Below are positions 61,701 through 64,000 of a DNA stretch of 64,000 nucleotides, one piece after another. The stretch is taken from positions 27,468,001 to 27,532,000 of the forward strand of contig NC_058368.1 of NCBI RefSeq assembly GCF_018350175.1, written 5' to 3'. The stretch comes from Felis catus. Its lineage: Eukaryota. The notes below the pieces were generated by a model. It saw only the letters and a program-made list of their open reading frames with translations, was not told where the DNA came from and did not search any database. The position numbers and the translations under genes were made by a program. Position 1 is the stretch's first letter. Each line of letters starts with the position of its first letter.

Positions 61701-64000
61701 GATGAGAGCAGAAATCAATGATATCGAAATCAAAACAACACACCAGATCAATAAAACCAGGAGCTGGTTCTTTGAAAGAATTAACAAAATTGATAAACCC
61801 CTAGCCAGATTTATCAAAAAGAAAAATGTAATGACCCAAATAAATAAAATCACGAATGAAAGGGGAGAGATCACAAACAACACCACAGAAATACAAACAA
61901 TAATTAGAGAATATTATGAGCAATTATATCCCAAAAATTGGTAATCTGGAAGAAATAAACACACTCCTAGAAACATAAAACCTACCAAAACTGAAACAAG
62001 AAGAAATAGAATTATTTGAACAGACCCATAACCATTAAAGAAATTGAATCAGTAACCAAAATTTCCCAACAAACAGAAATCCAGGGCCAGATGGCTTTCC
62101 AGGGGAATTCTACCACCATTTAAAGAAGAGTTAGCACCTATTCTTTTGAAGTTGTTCCAAAAAAATAGAAGTGGAAGGAAAACTTCCAAACTCATTCTAT
62201 GAGGCCAGCATTATCTTGATTCCAAAACCAGACAAAGACCCCACTTAAAAGGAAAACTACAAACCAATTTCCCTGATGAGCATGGATGCAAAAATTCTCA
62301 ACAAAATACTAGCAAACTGGTTCCAATAATACATTAAAAGAATTATTCACCATGATCAAGTGGGGTTTATTCCTGGGCTGTAGGATTGGTTCTATATCCA
62401 CATACCAATCAATGTGATACACACATTAATAAAAAACAAAAGGATAAGAACCACATGATCTTCTCAATACATGTAGAAAAAAACATTTGAGGGGCGCCTG
62501 GGCGGCTCAGTCATTTGAGCGTCCGACTCTTGATTTCAGCTCGGATCATGACTCCAGGGTCCTGGGGTTGAGCCCCACATCGGGCTCTGTGCTGAGCGTG
62601 GAGCCTGCTTGAGATTCTCTCTCTCTCCCTCTGCCCCCCTCCCCCTTCATGCTCTTTCTCTCTAAAATAAAAAAATAAATAAAATTTTAAAAAAAGAAGA
62701 AGAAAAAGGATTTGACAAAATACAGCATCCTTTCTTGATAAAAGCCCTCAAGAAAGCGGGGGTAGAAGGAACATACCTCAAGATCCTAAATGCCATATAT
62801 AAAAGACCCACAGCTAATATCATCCTCAAAGGGAAAAACTGAGAGCTTTCCCCCTAAGGTCAGGAACACAACAGGGATGTCCACTCTCCCACTGTTGTTC
62901 AACACAGTGTTGGAAGTCCAAGCCTCAGCAATCACACAACAAAAAGAAATAGAAGGCTTTCAAATTGGCAAGGAAGAAGTCAAAACGTTCACTCTTCACA
63001 GACAACATAATATTCTATGTGTAAAACCCAAACGACTCCACCAAAAAACTGCTAGAACTGATACATGAATTCAGCGAAGTTGCAGAATATAAAATCAATG
63101 TACAGAAATCTGTAGCATTTCCATACACCAATAATAAAGCAGCAGAAAGAGAAATCAAGGAATTGATCACATTTACAATTGCACCAAACACCATAAAATA
63201 CCTAGGAATAAACTTAACCAAAGGGGTAAAAGATTTATACACTGAAAACTATAGAAAGCTTATGAAAGAAACTGAAAAAGGCGCAAAGAAATGGAAAAAC
63301 ATTCCATACTCATGGATTGAACAAACAAATATGGTTAAAATGTCGATGCTACCCAAAGCAACATACATATTCAATGCAATCCCTTTCCAAGTAATACCAG
63401 AATTCTTCACAGACCTAGAACAAACAATTCTAATATTTGTATGGAACCATAAATGACCCCAATAGCCAAAGTAATGTTGAAAAAGAAAACCAAAGCTGGA
63501 AGCATCACAATTCCAAACTTCAAACTGTATTACAAATCTGTAATCATCAAGACAGCTATGGTATTGGCACAAAAATGAGCACATAGATCAAAGATACAGA
63601 ATAGAAAATCCAGAAATGGACCTACAGTTATATGGTCAACTCATTTTTGACAAAGCAGGAAAGAATATCCAACTGAAAAAAGACAGTCTCTTTGGCAAAT
63701 GGTGTTAGGAAAACGGGACAGCAACGTGCAAAAGAATGAACCTGGACCACTTTCTTACACCAGACACAAAAATAAATTCAAAACGGATGCAAGACCTAAA
63801 TGTAAGACAGAAAACCATCAAAATCACAGAGGAGAAAATAGGCAACAACCTCTTTGACCTTGGCCAGAGCAACTTCTTACTAGGCAGGTCTCTGGAGGCA
63901 AGGAAAACAAAAACAAACATGAACTATTGGGACCTCATCAAGATAGAAAGCCTCTGCACAGCAAAGGAAACACTCAACAAAACTAAAAGACAGCCGACAG
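58737..64000 (+). mobile_element. Long carnivore L1 (5' UTR, ORF1 from ~60056, ORF2 from ~60695), running off the window end; inactive
   Basis: GC-rich 5' UTR then a T-rich tract. ORF1 remnant KRNNIRIIGVPKDEEREKG. ORF2 endonuclease ICCLQETH (60776-) and HGTFSRIDHILGHK/FSDHN (61138-). Multiple stops and frameshifts. Confidence 0.93.
62491..62695 (+). mobile_element. Can-SINE inside L1 ORF2
   Basis: ggggcgcctgggcggctcagtc head and A tail. Degenerate TSD agaaaaaaacatttga / agaaaaaggatttga. Confidence 0.92.

Noticed and set aside
58737..64000. Potentially active full-length L1
   Set aside because: ORF1 deletion, many ORF2 stops and frameshifts, and a SINE insertion.

Overview
Mammalian genomic DNA, most likely a felid (cat-like), judged from the tRNA-derived Can-SINE/SINEC_Fc copies and a cat-type L1 3' end. 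The only protein-coding gene I can support is the 3' end of ENOX1 on the + strand. It has three coding exons (19263-19365, 31365-31450, 41767-41898) with canonical, phase-compatible AG/GT sites, encoding EINVLTVALVNQDRENNMEKRSQGLKSEKEALLIG-IISTFLHVHPFGANIEYLWSYMQQLDSK-ISANEIEMLLMRLPRMFKQEFTGVGATLEKRWKLCAFEGIKTT*. A 3' UTR with several AATAAA signals follows. Positions 1-19262 are presumably intronic, and sequence after ~42.8 kb is intergenic. Most of the rest is decayed repeats: two head-to-tail antisense L1s (5.2-16.2 kb), a near-full-length Tigger1 split by an L1 and three SINEs (47.2-53.4 kb), a MaLR LTR plus internal region cut by a long L1 (57.2-64 kb), 16 SINEs, L2/CR1/MIR remnants and microsatellites. 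Nearly all ORFs in the supplied track are repeat fragments or chance frames. I do not see a convincing new biological system. The best leads concern RNA processing: a candidate recursive-splice or 3-nt microexon site at 17988-17996, alternative ENOX1 C-terminal splicing options, and an inverted pair of young SINEs just past the poly(A) site. The L1 junction structures are also unusual. Family names come from recalled consensus features, not from database searches.
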